From the IMG/VR virus record IMGVR_UViG_3300029951_000013, positions 1 to 64,000 of that record: a stretch of DNA of 64,000 nt. One strand, 5' to 3'. The first letter of the stretch is position 1, and each line of letters opens with the position of its first letter. The notes under the pieces were generated by a model. It was not told the origin of the DNA and searched no databases. It worked only from the letters and a program-made list of their open reading frames with translations. The position numbers and the translations under genes are program-made. The stretch is from a virus. This document shows positions 36,157 to 45,150 of this stretch, piece after piece.

Positions 36157-36529
36157 CCGGGGTCACCCCCATCGCGCTCAGGAAGCTGGACGAGGCCTCT
36201 TCCTCATCGGTCCACCAGCCGGGGGCCCGTGGATCGCGGGTACTCTCGCGCTGGTCCTGTACGCGGTCCACGCGCCAGACGTCCACCAGGAGGTCGTTGT
36301 CGAGGGCCCGCTGAGCGTCCTGCACGGTCCCTCCCTCCGCCGCCGACTGCCCTTCGTAGAGCGTGTAGTAGACGAGGTTCAGGAACTGGTCGAGGGGGAG
36401 TTCGCGGAGATCGATACCCCTCCCTGCGTACTTTCCGTCGAGAAGGTGCCAGACTCCAGGCCTGACTGCCCATCCGGCGAGTTGTCGGATGGCTGCGTAG
36501 GGCGCAGCCCGTACTCTCCAAACAGCCAC
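36146..36529 (-). CDS. Tail assembly chaperone, downstream (-1 frame) part
   Basis: Overlaps the upstream chaperone in the -1 frame and abuts the tape measure gene. Confidence 0.6.
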   Translation of the reverse strand: MAVWRVRAAPYAAIRQLAGWAVRPGVWHLLDGKYAGRGIDLRELPLDQFLNLVYYTLYEGQSAAEGGTVQDAQRALDNDLLVDVWRVDRVQDQRESTRDPRAPGWWTDEEEASSSFLSAMGVTPGGA

Positions 36530-36819
36530 ATGGCTATGTCGTTGAGCTGGCCCAGGTCGACCGGCCGGTCGTTGTCGCCCAGCCGCTCATCAAACCGGAC
36601 GTACGACTCCTTCTGGAGGCAAAGCTGCATGACCTCGCGGCACGCCTCGTATTGGGCCTCGACACCGCCCGCGCTCTGGGCGGACAGGATCGCCGTGTTG
36701 ACCTTGGTCACATAGCCGATCAGGGTCTTGGCGGCCATGCCCGGATAGGCGTGGAAGGTCTCACCCTCCAGCGTGAAGGAGATGTCATCGCGGGTCCTGC
36801 TGAAATCCTTGGTCGGCAT
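36379..36819 (-). CDS. Tail assembly chaperone
   Basis: Position; TACCGT -10 six nt before ATG suggests a leaderless transcript. Confidence 0.7.
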   Translation of the reverse strand: MPTKDFSRTRDDISFTLEGETFHAYPGMAAKTLIGYVTKVNTAILSAQSAGGVEAQYEACREVMQLCLQKESYVRFDERLGDNDRPVDLGQLNDIAMWLFGEYGLRPTQPSDNSPDGQSGLESGTFSTESTQGGVSISANSPSTSS

Positions 36820-36856
36820 GCGTTCACGGTAGAGCTGCGAATTCCATGATCGTTCC

Positions 36857-37240
36857 CTAGAGGTCGACTTCCTCCATCGCCCTGGTCAGGAACGGGTTGG
36901 CCTTGGTCCCCGGGTGGTGTACGACGGGTCCGAAGACCTGGCCGCTCGACACGTTCCTCAGCGGCCAGGAGCCCTTGCTGCGGATGATGTGCGGCCGGGT
37001 CCCCTCGTTGACGAACACCGTGGCCGGGTGGGTGCTGCGGATCACCACGGTGGTGCCGAGGATGTTGCCGGTGTAGTCCGAGCTGATGCCCTTGCGCATG
37101 CCCTCTGGGGCCAGTTCCTTGGCCCGCTTGGCGACGGCCTGGCCGCGCAGGATCATCCGGCGGCCGACGGCCCCGGTGGGGCTGCGGAGCATCCGGCGGA
37201 TGGCGATCTGGTCCATCTCGATGCGGATGTGCTCAGCCAC
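36857..37240 (-). CDS. HK97 gp10-like tail completion protein
   Basis: FVNEGTRPH.I...V.HPGTKANPFL..A. Confidence 0.8.
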   Translation of the reverse strand: MAEHIRIEMDQIAIRRMLRSPTGAVGRRMILRGQAVAKRAKELAPEGMRKGISSDYTGNILGTTVVIRSTHPATVFVNEGTRPHIIRSKGSWPLRNVSSGQVFGPVVHHPGTKANPFLTRAMEEVDL

Positions 37241-37748
37241 GGGGCATCCCCACCAGGAAGCGCAGTTCCGTGCCGACGCAGCCGCCCTCGGGCCCCATGG
37301 TGGCCTGCTGGTCGATCACGTAGTCGATGAGGTCGTTGTCGCCCTTCTCCTGGCACAGGAACGCTGCCGAGGTGGTCAGCACAGTCCAGGCGTCCCCGAG
37401 GAGAGTCTGAGCAGCCGTCGTCATGGCCTGCTCAGTGGGGTAGATCGTGGTGTTGTTCTGCGGTACCGGGGCGCAGCGGATGATCTGCACCACGTATTCC
37501 GCCACCTCCCAGGCTGGCTGGCAGCTGCCGACGACCTCGGTCTGCTGCTCGGGGAAGCGGTCGGAGAGGTAGATCCGGTCGACACTGATGGCCAGCATGC
37601 CGCAGTCGCAGGCGTCCCACGGGATCGACCCGGGCACCATGCAGGCCCTCTGGACCGCGACCGGCAGCGCCGCCTGAATCAGGGTCAGCAACGCGGTACC
37701 CAGGTCGAAGAACTTGATGGCGCCGGTCTCCGGCGCGGTGGTGGTCAC
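37233..37748 (-). CDS. Tail terminator / minor tail protein
   Basis: PG.IPWD.CDCG.L...GP.GGCVG; position. Confidence 0.6.
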   Translation of the reverse strand: MTTTAPETGAIKFFDLGTALLTLIQAALPVAVQRACMVPGSIPWDACDCGMLAISVDRIYLSDRFPEQQTEVVGSCQPAWEVAEYVVQIIRCAPVPQNNTTIYPTEQAMTTAAQTLLGDAWTVLTTSAAFLCQEKGDNDLIDYVIDQQATMGPEGGCVGTELRFLVGMPRG

Positions 37749-37975
37749 GGTGTTCCCGTGGATCCGCTGAGTACCTCGGCGGCCAGCTTGTCGATCACCG
37801 CGTTGCTCAGGCCCTTGCAGGCGGCGGGCTCGGTTCCGGTGACGCCCTGCTCCCCGGCCTTGAGTTCCTGGACCAGTGCCGCCTTGCAGGCGGACTGGCT
37901 GGGTGCCGGGCTGCTGCCGCAGGCAGCCAGCAGCGGTAGAACGGCGATGACGAGGAGCAGAGCAGCGCGCTTCAT
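37745..37975 (-). CDS. Small lipoprotein
   Basis: MKR, hydrophobic stretch, LAAC lipobox; GGAGG RBS. Confidence 0.7.
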   Translation of the reverse strand: MKRAALLLVIAVLPLLAACGSSPAPSQSACKAALVQELKAGEQGVTGTEPAACKGLSNAVIDKLAAEVLSGSTGTP

Positions 37976-38033
37976 CCGTGCCTCCGGGAGTGGGTGACGG
38001 TCCGGGAGGGCCAGTGTCGCAGCCGGGTCCATT

Positions 38034-38843
38034 TCACGTCCCGGTCCTCCGCACGCGTGGCCGGTCCACGCTGTAGACCCGGGCCCGGCTCTGGAGCATG
38101 TTCGGGTTCTCGGAGGCCAGGAACAGGTCGCACAGGTACAGCCCGGTCCGGCCTTCGTTGATGATCGAGTTGATGTCCGGGAAGGTCATCGTCACACCCT
38201 GGCGAGCGAGGTTGGTCACCGTGGTCGGCAGGTGGCAGTCCCCGTCGCCGGTGATGGCGGCGATGATCTCGCAGGCGAGCTGGCCGACCGCCAGTTGACC
38301 GCTGACCGGGACGGCCAGGCCGTAGTCGGCGGTGACCGACCAGGTGCCCGGCTGGCTGTCGGCCAGCGCCAAGTTGTTGCACCGGGGCCAGTGCCCGCCG
38401 TCGGTGCGGACCACGATCCGGTTGTTATCGAGCCGGTAGGCGGAGGAGTCCAGGACCGCCCCGTCCACCAGGATCTGGGTGATGTCGGCGACCTCGGCCG
38501 GAAGGTAGAACTCCGGGACGAAGGCACAGGAGCAGCTGTCCCCGCAGGACCCGCAGCCCATGGGGAACCAGTAGGAGAAGTCCCAGGCGGCGGTGGCCAA
38601 TGGTGCCCCGTAGGAGGCCCAGGGCACCGCGTACGCCCCGCCGTCGCCGGGGCCGCCGTCGTAGTCCTCGCGGCGGCACGGCCGCAGCGTCACCGAGCAG
38701 GTGCCGAACCGGCGCCCCGACAGCGACCACAGGATTCGTGTCGCGCTCTGCACGGCGTAGCCGGTCACAGTCGGGGAGGCCGTGGAGACGTCGCACGACC
38801 AGTACACGGGCCACGGTGAGCAGGGCCCTGCGTCCAAGGTCAT
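38034..38843 (-). CDS. Head-to-tail adaptor
   Basis: LW.LSGRRFG.C...RPC; LACE; RQGVT; TGL...D.F....NP. Confidence 0.75.
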   Translation of the reverse strand: MTLDAGPCSPWPVYWSCDVSTASPTVTGYAVQSATRILWSLSGRRFGTCSVTLRPCRREDYDGGPGDGGAYAVPWASYGAPLATAAWDFSYWFPMGCGSCGDSCSCAFVPEFYLPAEVADITQILVDGAVLDSSAYRLDNNRIVVRTDGGHWPRCNNLALADSQPGTWSVTADYGLAVPVSGQLAVGQLACEIIAAITGDGDCHLPTTVTNLARQGVTMTFPDINSIINEGRTGLYLCDLFLASENPNMLQSRARVYSVDRPRVRRTGT

Positions 38844-38859
38844 GGCCTGGCTCCTCTCA

Positions 38860-40755
38860 TCACGCCGCCATCAGGGCGAACAGGCTCTGGGTGATCCGAC
38901 GGGCCAGGTAGGCGTGCCCGGCGTCGTTCGGGTGGACGTTGTCGGTCGCGTTCACGTAGGTCGAGGCGTTCGCGGCGGTGATCCAGGGCCCGCTGGTGAA
39001 CACCTGGGCCCCGGCGGCGTTGTAGACGTTCCCGGTGATCGGGCTGACGAACGGCAGCCCGGCCGCCAGCGCCGCAGCCTGGAGGGTGCTGTCCGTGGCG
39101 GTGACCGAGGGCGCCGCGGTGCCGCTGGGCGACCAGCAGCCGAACACGGTGACCGCCGCGTTCGGGGCCGCCGCCTTCAGGTCGGTGTAGACCTGCGCGG
39201 CGGCTGCGGAGATGGCCGGCTGGCTGCCGGTGTTGTCGTTGTAGCCGCCCCAGACGATCAGCCGGTCGAAGGCGTAAGGTGCGATGTCCTGGGCTATGCG
39301 CACGTCGAAGACCGCGTACGCGCCCGGCGTGATGTAGCCGGTTCCGCCGCGCGCCTGGTCCCAGACGTCGGTGCAGCCGAGCAGCCGGGCCGCCCGCAGC
39401 AGCCAGGTGCCGCTGCCCGCACCGGTGTTGTAGGCGGAGCCGTCGGTGATGGAGTCGCCCAGGACGCCGAGACGGCCGCCGAGCGAGGCGACCTGCCAGG
39501 CGGTGCCGGTAGCGCCCAGGAACAGACCGCCGAACGGCATCGACAGGAAATCGAACCGGATCCGGCGCGGCGCGGCCGACCCGAGGTCGAACTTGAGGGT
39601 GTACCGGCTGCCCGCGGTCACCGCGCCGGTGGCCTGCATGAGGTCGGTGACCTTGCGCCCGTCGATGGACAGCCGGTACATGGTGGCGCTGCTGATGTAC
39701 TTGAACAGGATCTCGACCAGCTGCGCGTCGGTGGCGAACTCGACCGACCAGACAGCCTGGCCGGAAGCGTACGTGTTCGGGTACTTGCTCAGCGGCAGGT
39801 ACATCGTGGTGTCGGGGAACGCCGCCCCGAAGGCGAAGTCGCCGGCACCCAGGTAGGTGAAGGGCCCGGTGTTCGGCGCCATCAAGGCCTGGGCGCCGCT
39901 GATCGTACTGGTGGACCCGAGGGTGGTCGTGATGACCGGAGCGGTCCCGGCGTACAGCGAGTCAGCCGTCACCTGGTCGGGCAGGTCACGGCGGCGCCAG
40001 GCCGTCGTGCCCACGTACCGGGCGTCCGAGGTGGCCGGATAGTCCACCAGGGAGGTGAGCGACGGGCGCACCTCGCGCAGGAAGGACGTGCCGTTGCCGA
40101 CCAGCTCCATGCTGCCGTACTGGTGGGTGAGCGAAGGGTTCACCGTGCCGTCGACCGTGCCGACCACGCTGACCGCGTTGGCGGTGCTGTCCATCTTCTT
40201 GACGGTCAGCCGGATGCCCGCCGCGGGCGCGGGGAGGACGACGGCCACCGGCTGGGATGCGGCGCTGACCTCCAGCACCTGCCATGCGGACCCGGTGACG
40301 GTCGGCGTGCTGGCCGACACCACGGTGGAGACGGGGGTGCCGTCCAGGTTGGCCAGCGCCGCAGCGGGGTTGCCGACGTCGGACAGGTCGTTGGCGGCTG
40401 CGAGGTACACCGTGGGGGCAGGCACGTTGAAGGGGTCCTCCGTGTACTGGACCTGGAAGTTGATCGGCACGCTGGTGATCCGGTTGGTGCCGTTGTCGGC
40501 CCAGAAGTACGCGGTGTACCGGCCTTGGGTGGAGAACTCCCCGCCGGCCCAGGTGTATGTCACCTGGCCCTCGGGACCGCTGGTGACCTCTGCCGTGCCA
40601 CTGAAGGGCGGCCCGTCGTGCTCCTGGCAGGTGAACGCGGCGGAGTAGCCCTCGGACAGGTCGATCGGGACCCCGGTGCTGTCCAGGAAGGAATAGACCA
40701 GCGGAGGCGGCACGTCGCCCAGTGCGTAGGTGCCCAGAGCAACCGATGCTGTCAT
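38860..40755 (-). CDS. Virion-associated SGNH/GDSL esterase with N-terminal BppU-like domain
   Basis: LGDSITDG, GGTGY, GGYND and DNVHP catalytic blocks. Confidence 0.8.
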   Translation of the reverse strand: MTASVALGTYALGDVPPPLVYSFLDSTGVPIDLSEGYSAAFTCQEHDGPPFSGTAEVTSGPEGQVTYTWAGGEFSTQGRYTAYFWADNGTNRITSVPINFQVQYTEDPFNVPAPTVYLAAANDLSDVGNPAAALANLDGTPVSTVVSASTPTVTGSAWQVLEVSAASQPVAVVLPAPAAGIRLTVKKMDSTANAVSVVGTVDGTVNPSLTHQYGSMELVGNGTSFLREVRPSLTSLVDYPATSDARYVGTTAWRRRDLPDQVTADSLYAGTAPVITTTLGSTSTISGAQALMAPNTGPFTYLGAGDFAFGAAFPDTTMYLPLSKYPNTYASGQAVWSVEFATDAQLVEILFKYISSATMYRLSIDGRKVTDLMQATGAVTAGSRYTLKFDLGSAAPRRIRFDFLSMPFGGLFLGATGTAWQVASLGGRLGVLGDSITDGSAYNTGAGSGTWLLRAARLLGCTDVWDQARGGTGYITPGAYAVFDVRIAQDIAPYAFDRLIVWGGYNDNTGSQPAISAAAAQVYTDLKAAAPNAAVTVFGCWSPSGTAAPSVTATDSTLQAAALAAGLPFVSPITGNVYNAAGAQVFTSGPWITAANASTYVNATDNVHPNDAGHAYLARRITQSLFALMAA

Positions 40756-42674
40756 GGCTCGTTCCCCGCGATCGTCGTGGACGGCTCCCTGCCCGAGACG
40801 GCCGTGACGGGCTCCCGGCCCTGGACTCTGGTCCGTGCCGCTGTGACGGGCCATCTCGACAGGACGCCGAAGGCTGTGCCGGAAACCGCCGCTGCCAGGG
40901 CCGTTCCCACGATAGCCGTGCTCGAAGGCGCGCTCGTCCCGACCGCTGAACTGGTGCTCGGGAGCACGGTCACGCCGGACAGCCCCGTGAGAGCGGTGCC
41001 CTGCGCCTGCGCCGTCCCGGCCACCGCCACCGAGGCCGACCCCGCGGTGGGCAGGTACGCCGTGCCAGTGGCCGTAGCCGTGGAAGCCGTGGCGCCGGTG
41101 GACATCCCAGGGGCGTACGCCGTGCCGGTTGCTGCGGCGGGACCCGGCTGGACAGAAGTCCCCGGCGCGGGCTGCCCGGCAGCCCCGGTCACTGCCGCTG
41201 ATCCGGCCAAGGCACCCAGCGCGACCGCAGCCGGGTAGGCGGCGCCCAAGACTCCGGCTGTGCCGGCAAGGACACTCGGAGCAGCGGCACCCGGACAGGC
41301 CGTGCCGGTCACCGCTGCCGCCGTGGCGAGGGCACCCAGGGCGACCGTGCTCGAGTAGGCCGCACCGGCCGCAGTGGCGGTTCCCGCAGTTCCCGTGGCC
41401 GAGACGGAAGCTGCGGCCACCGCCGCGTAGGCCGTGCCGGTGGCCGCAGCCGTCTCCGCCGTGGCCGTGCCGGGGACGGAGGCGCTGCCGGTCGCGGGAT
41501 AGGCCGTGCCGGTGGCCGCGGCCGATCCAGCGGAGACGGCCAGGGCTGCGGCCACCGGCACGCCGGTCCCGGTTGCACCCGCGGATCCGGCAGGGACGGC
41601 CAGGGCAGGGCTCGGCTGCAAGGCGGTACCGGTGGCCGCACCGGTCCCGGCGGAGACGGTCACCGCGGTTCCCGGCGGCCAACCGGTACCGGTGCCGGCC
41701 GCCGACCCGGCGGAGACCGCCAGCCCGGCGGCCGGTGCGGAGCCTGTCCCTGTCGCAGCAGCGGACCCCGCGGAGGCCGTCAGTGCCGCAGTGGTGGCCA
41801 GGCTCACTCCGACGGCCTGGGCTACCCCCGCGAGCCCGGTGACGGGCGTCGAGGTTCCGGCGGAGACGGTGTAGGCCGTGCCTGTGGCAGGGGCAGATCC
41901 GGCGGAGACCTGCACGCCACTGTTCGGCGCCAGGCCCGTGCCGGTGGCCGCCGCAGACACGGCAGAGGCGGCCAGTCCGGTGCTCGGCGCGAGGCCGGTC
42001 CCCGTGGCAGCTGCGGATCCGGCGGAGACCGCCAGACCCAGGGGCGAGATCACGATCGCGGCCATGACGGCGTCCGCCAAGGACTGGGACGCGGTGGACG
42101 TCCAGGTGGCGCTGCCCACCGGCGCCGCGCCGCTGGTGTCGAAGACGGCGATGCTCGCGTCCGCCGAGCCGGTGTTGCCGGTGGCGGCGCGCGAGGCGGT
42201 GCCGACCGGCACGGTCCAGGTGGAGGTGATGGTGGACGCGCGGTCGGCGAAGATCTGGACGACCCAGTCACCCGTCCCGATACTGGTGACCGAGGGAGTG
42301 GTGTGCGTGGTCGAGGCCCCGGACTGCGCAACGGCCGCTGAGGCCTCGACCGGCGCGGAGGTCGAGGTCCCCGAGTAGGCGAGGCAGGCCAGGAGCAGTT
42401 TGGAGACGGGCGAGATCGTCCAGGTGTAGGAGGACGGCTCGGAGGCGGCGATCCGGTAGAACGCATCGACGGTGCAGTTCACGGCCGTGACCGGGAAGTT
42501 GGGGATGCGTGTCCAGCCGGAGGCGACGGTGACCGCCGAACCGGCGGTGTTGAGGACGGCCACCGTCAGCAGCAGGTTCCCGTTGGCGGTGCCCGACGGC
42601 ACGGCGACAGCCAGGGAGGAGGTGGTGTTGGCAACGGCGACGTCGGCGTTTACCGGGGCGATCGTCACGGCCAC
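40752..42674 (-). CDS. Ala/Thr/Gly/Ser-rich repeat structural protein (fibre or decoration)
   Basis: Globular N-terminus then many AVSAGSAAATGT-type repeats of about 20 aa. Confidence 0.7.
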   Translation of the reverse strand: MAVTIAPVNADVAVANTTSSLAVAVPSGTANGNLLLTVAVLNTAGSAVTVASGWTRIPNFPVTAVNCTVDAFYRIAASEPSSYTWTISPVSKLLLACLAYSGTSTSAPVEASAAVAQSGASTTHTTPSVTSIGTGDWVVQIFADRASTITSTWTVPVGTASRAATGNTGSADASIAVFDTSGAAPVGSATWTSTASQSLADAVMAAIVISPLGLAVSAGSAAATGTGLAPSTGLAASAVSAAATGTGLAPNSGVQVSAGSAPATGTAYTVSAGTSTPVTGLAGVAQAVGVSLATTAALTASAGSAAATGTGSAPAAGLAVSAGSAAGTGTGWPPGTAVTVSAGTGAATGTALQPSPALAVPAGSAGATGTGVPVAAALAVSAGSAAATGTAYPATGSASVPGTATAETAAATGTAYAAVAAASVSATGTAGTATAAGAAYSSTVALGALATAAAVTGTACPGAAAPSVLAGTAGVLGAAYPAAVALGALAGSAAVTGAAGQPAPGTSVQPGPAAATGTAYAPGMSTGATASTATATGTAYLPTAGSASVAVAGTAQAQGTALTGLSGVTVLPSTSSAVGTSAPSSTAIVGTALAAAVSGTAFGVLSRWPVTAARTRVQGREPVTAVSGREPSTTIAGNEP

Positions 42675-42692
42675 CTCCGATCAGGGAACGGA

Positions 42693-43184
42693 TCAGACCG
42701 TGAAGGTGAAGATCCCGGATCCGCTGAAGTTCAGGGAGAAGGTCCCTGAGGTGACGGACTGCGCCCCGCCGAAGTAGTTGAAGCAGACGCCCTGCTTGGC
42801 CACGGTGCCGCCGGTGATGGCGGAGTCGTAGACCAGGGTCCCGTAGATGTTGGCCATGGTGCAGGTGGCCGAACCAGCGATGTTCGAAGCCGAGTAGGTG
42901 ACCGTGCCCGCGCTGCCCGCCACAGCGCCGCCGCTCAGGGCGACGCCTCCGGCGACCCACTGGGTACCGTTGGCCACCTCGTTGGCGGTGACCCATTGGC
43001 CGGTGTTGTAGCCGCTCAACGCTGCGGCCACGGTCCGGTCCGGCGTGCCGGTGTTGTTGAACAGGGCGGCCTTGACCGTGTCGGCGACCAGGCCGGCGTA
43101 GCTGGTCGGCATGCTGGCGGTGTTAGCCAGCATGGGGTTGACCACCCAGGCCTGGAAGATGTTGCTGGAGGACCATCCGGACAT
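42693..43184 (-). CDS. Putative structural protein
   Basis: DTVKAALF...NEV...AGG..L...FGG.QSVT.GTF...GIF. Confidence 0.65.
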   Translation of the reverse strand: MSGWSSSNIFQAWVVNPMLANTASMPTSYAGLVADTVKAALFNNTGTPDRTVAAALSGYNTGQWVTANEVANGTQWVAGGVALSGGAVAGSAGTVTYSASNIAGSATCTMANIYGTLVYDSAITGGTVAKQGVCFNYFGGAQSVTSGTFSLNFSGSGIFTFTV

Positions 43185-43185
43185 C

Positions 43186-43494
43186 TCAGGCCACCGTCCC
43201 TTGTGCCGTCGGCACGTTCACCATCACGTCGTTGCTGCCGTCCGGCCGCTCAGTGACGACGGCCATGACCGGACGCCCCTCGCCGTCGAAATGGACCAGC
43301 TCACTGCCCACGTAGTCCTCGCGCTCCACCGCGATGACGCGGCCCAGGAAGCCGTCCAGGACCATCGGCGCGAGCAGCCCTCGCAGGCCGCCGCAGTTGT
43401 GGTAGCGGTTCGGCTTCCCGGCCGTCACCGCGGTCGTGGTGCAGTTCGGGCAGGTCCAGTGCTGCTCCGGAGGCTGGAGGATCACGGCACTCAC
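43186..43494 (-). CDS. Zn-binding hypothetical protein
   Basis: WTCPNC...H.C..LRGL.APM...EREDY. Confidence 0.6.
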   Translation of the reverse strand: MSAVILQPPEQHWTCPNCTTTAVTAGKPNRYHNCGGLRGLLAPMVLDGFLGRVIAVEREDYVGSELVHFDGEGRPVMAVVTERPDGSNDVMVNVPTAQGTVA

Positions 43495-43503
43495 TGCGGC
43501 CCC

Positions 43504-44196
43504 CTACAGGTAGAGCGGGTTGCAGGCGGGCGCGGGCGGCGCGACCGAGGTGATGCTCCAGTACCAGTGGTCGGCGGCCTGGGCGGCGAAGCCCGGCGGC
43601 AGGTAACTGGTACTGCTCTGGTTCGAGGGCTTGCCCCAGCCCACCGTGGGTGCCAGGGACACCGCCCGGGTCTCCGCCGTGATCGTCAGCGTCGACTTGT
43701 CGTTCAAGATCGTGTAGGCCCCGAGCTGGGCGGCGCCGACGTTGGGCCACGCGTTGTAGATGTACTGCTGGGCGCCGTTGATGTCGCAGGAGTACTGGCC
43801 GGCGATCCTCTGCCAGACCTCCAGGGACCAGCGGTTGGTCATCTGGCCCTCCTGCCCGGCGAAGCCGTAGCCGGTGGCACCGTTGCTGGAGGTCAGCTCG
43901 CGCATGGAGGCCATCCAGGAGGCACCGGTCTGGTTCGTCTCGCAGAAGTCCATGACCAGCTCGTAGCGCTTGAGGACCGCGTCGTCTATCTGGTTGACGC
44001 AGGGCGTGCCGTCGGCGGTGACCTCGAAGAACTCGACCCCGGCCTGGTACTGCGGGGTCATCGCCACCTGGACGAAGCCCTTGGAGGTGATCACGTTCCC
44101 GCCGGTGCCCGTGATCGGGTTGCCGCAGGTATCGAGCGCGATCATTCGGTAGACGGTGCCCTTGATCGGGACTACACAGCTAGCTGTGGCTGACAT
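43504..44196 (-). CDS. Major tail protein
   Basis: G...R...LD.CG.P...GFV.V...A.G..C; position after the capsid genes. Confidence 0.7.
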   Translation of the reverse strand: MSATASCVVPIKGTVYRMIALDTCGNPITGTGGNVITSKGFVQVAMTPQYQAGVEFFEVTADGTPCVNQIDDAVLKRYELVMDFCETNQTGASWMASMRELTSSNGATGYGFAGQEGQMTNRWSLEVWQRIAGQYSCDINGAQQYIYNAWPNVGAAQLGAYTILNDKSTLTITAETRAVSLAPTVGWGKPSNQSSTSYLPPGFAAQAADHWYWSITSVAPPAPACNPLYL

Positions 44197-44205
44197 CTTC
44201 ACCCC

Positions 44206-45111
44206 TCACGTGGGCACGCCGAGTTCTATCTGAGCCGCCAGGTGGCAGCACTCGAAACCGATTGCATACGTACGAAAAGCCTGGGCCTTGACGGTGTTCT
44301 TGGCCCGGTCGAAGGTCTCCGGCATGTGGCGGACGGTCACATCCGACCGGTAGCCGAAGACTGCGCCGGTGGCGTAGAGCCACGCGTACCCGGCGGCCGG
44401 GGCGGCTCCGGCCGGGGAGGTCCCCGGGTAGCCGCCGCCGACGACGACCTTGTTCCCGGCGGCGGTGTACAGCATCCCGTCGTCCTTGCTGATCATCACT
44501 AGCTGCCAGGCCCTCAGCGTGGACAGGGCCAGGCGCGGGACATGGATGACGCCTTGGCCGCCGTAGCAGGAAGCAAGAGCGGTCTCCAGCTGGCCCATCG
44601 CTGTGGCCGCGTCCACCCCGGTCCCGGTGACGACCGGGCTGGCGGCGGTCTGGATCAGGATCCCGTTGGCGTCGTCCAGCACGGTGTTGGAGGACAGGTG
44701 CGGCCACACGGTCGCCTGTCCCCCGGACACGCCGGTCCAGAACGCCTGCTCGACCGTGAACGGCTCCATGCGGGCCAGGTTGGTCTCCGCCAGCGCCCGG
44801 GCCCCGAGCGAGTCCAGGCCGACCGGCGAGGCGTCGAACTCCGCGTAGATCGTGAACGGCGTCGCACCTCGGACAGTCTGGGTGACGTCGCTGGCGACCA
44901 GCGGCGGAGCAGAGGGCGCCCCGCCGGTGCCGGTGACCGCTATGCAGTCGTCATAGGTGGTCGACCCGATGGGGGACGGGCAGATGTCCACCCAGGTGAT
45001 GCCGTTCTGCCAGTGCGGGTCGGTCGCGGTCCGCTGCTGGATGGTGTCCCACAGCCCGAACGGAAGCGTGGTGAAGTCCGGGCCGTCGACTATCTGCCTT
45101 GCTCCGGCCAT
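44206..45111 (-). CDS. Minor capsid / structural protein
   Basis: HWQNGI.W, PFTIYA, G.IH, YATG.V motifs; directly after the capsid gene. Confidence 0.65.
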   Translation of the reverse strand: MAGARQIVDGPDFTTLPFGLWDTIQQRTATDPHWQNGITWVDICPSPIGSTTYDDCIAVTGTGGAPSAPPLVASDVTQTVRGATPFTIYAEFDASPVGLDSLGARALAETNLARMEPFTVEQAFWTGVSGGQATVWPHLSSNTVLDDANGILIQTAASPVVTGTGVDAATAMGQLETALASCYGGQGVIHVPRLALSTLRAWQLVMISKDDGMLYTAAGNKVVVGGGYPGTSPAGAAPAAGYAWLYATGAVFGYRSDVTVRHMPETFDRAKNTVKAQAFRTYAIGFECCHLAAQIELGVPT

Positions 45112-45150
45112 GGCTCACTCCTCCCGCTCGGACTGTGGACTGACAGCGGA

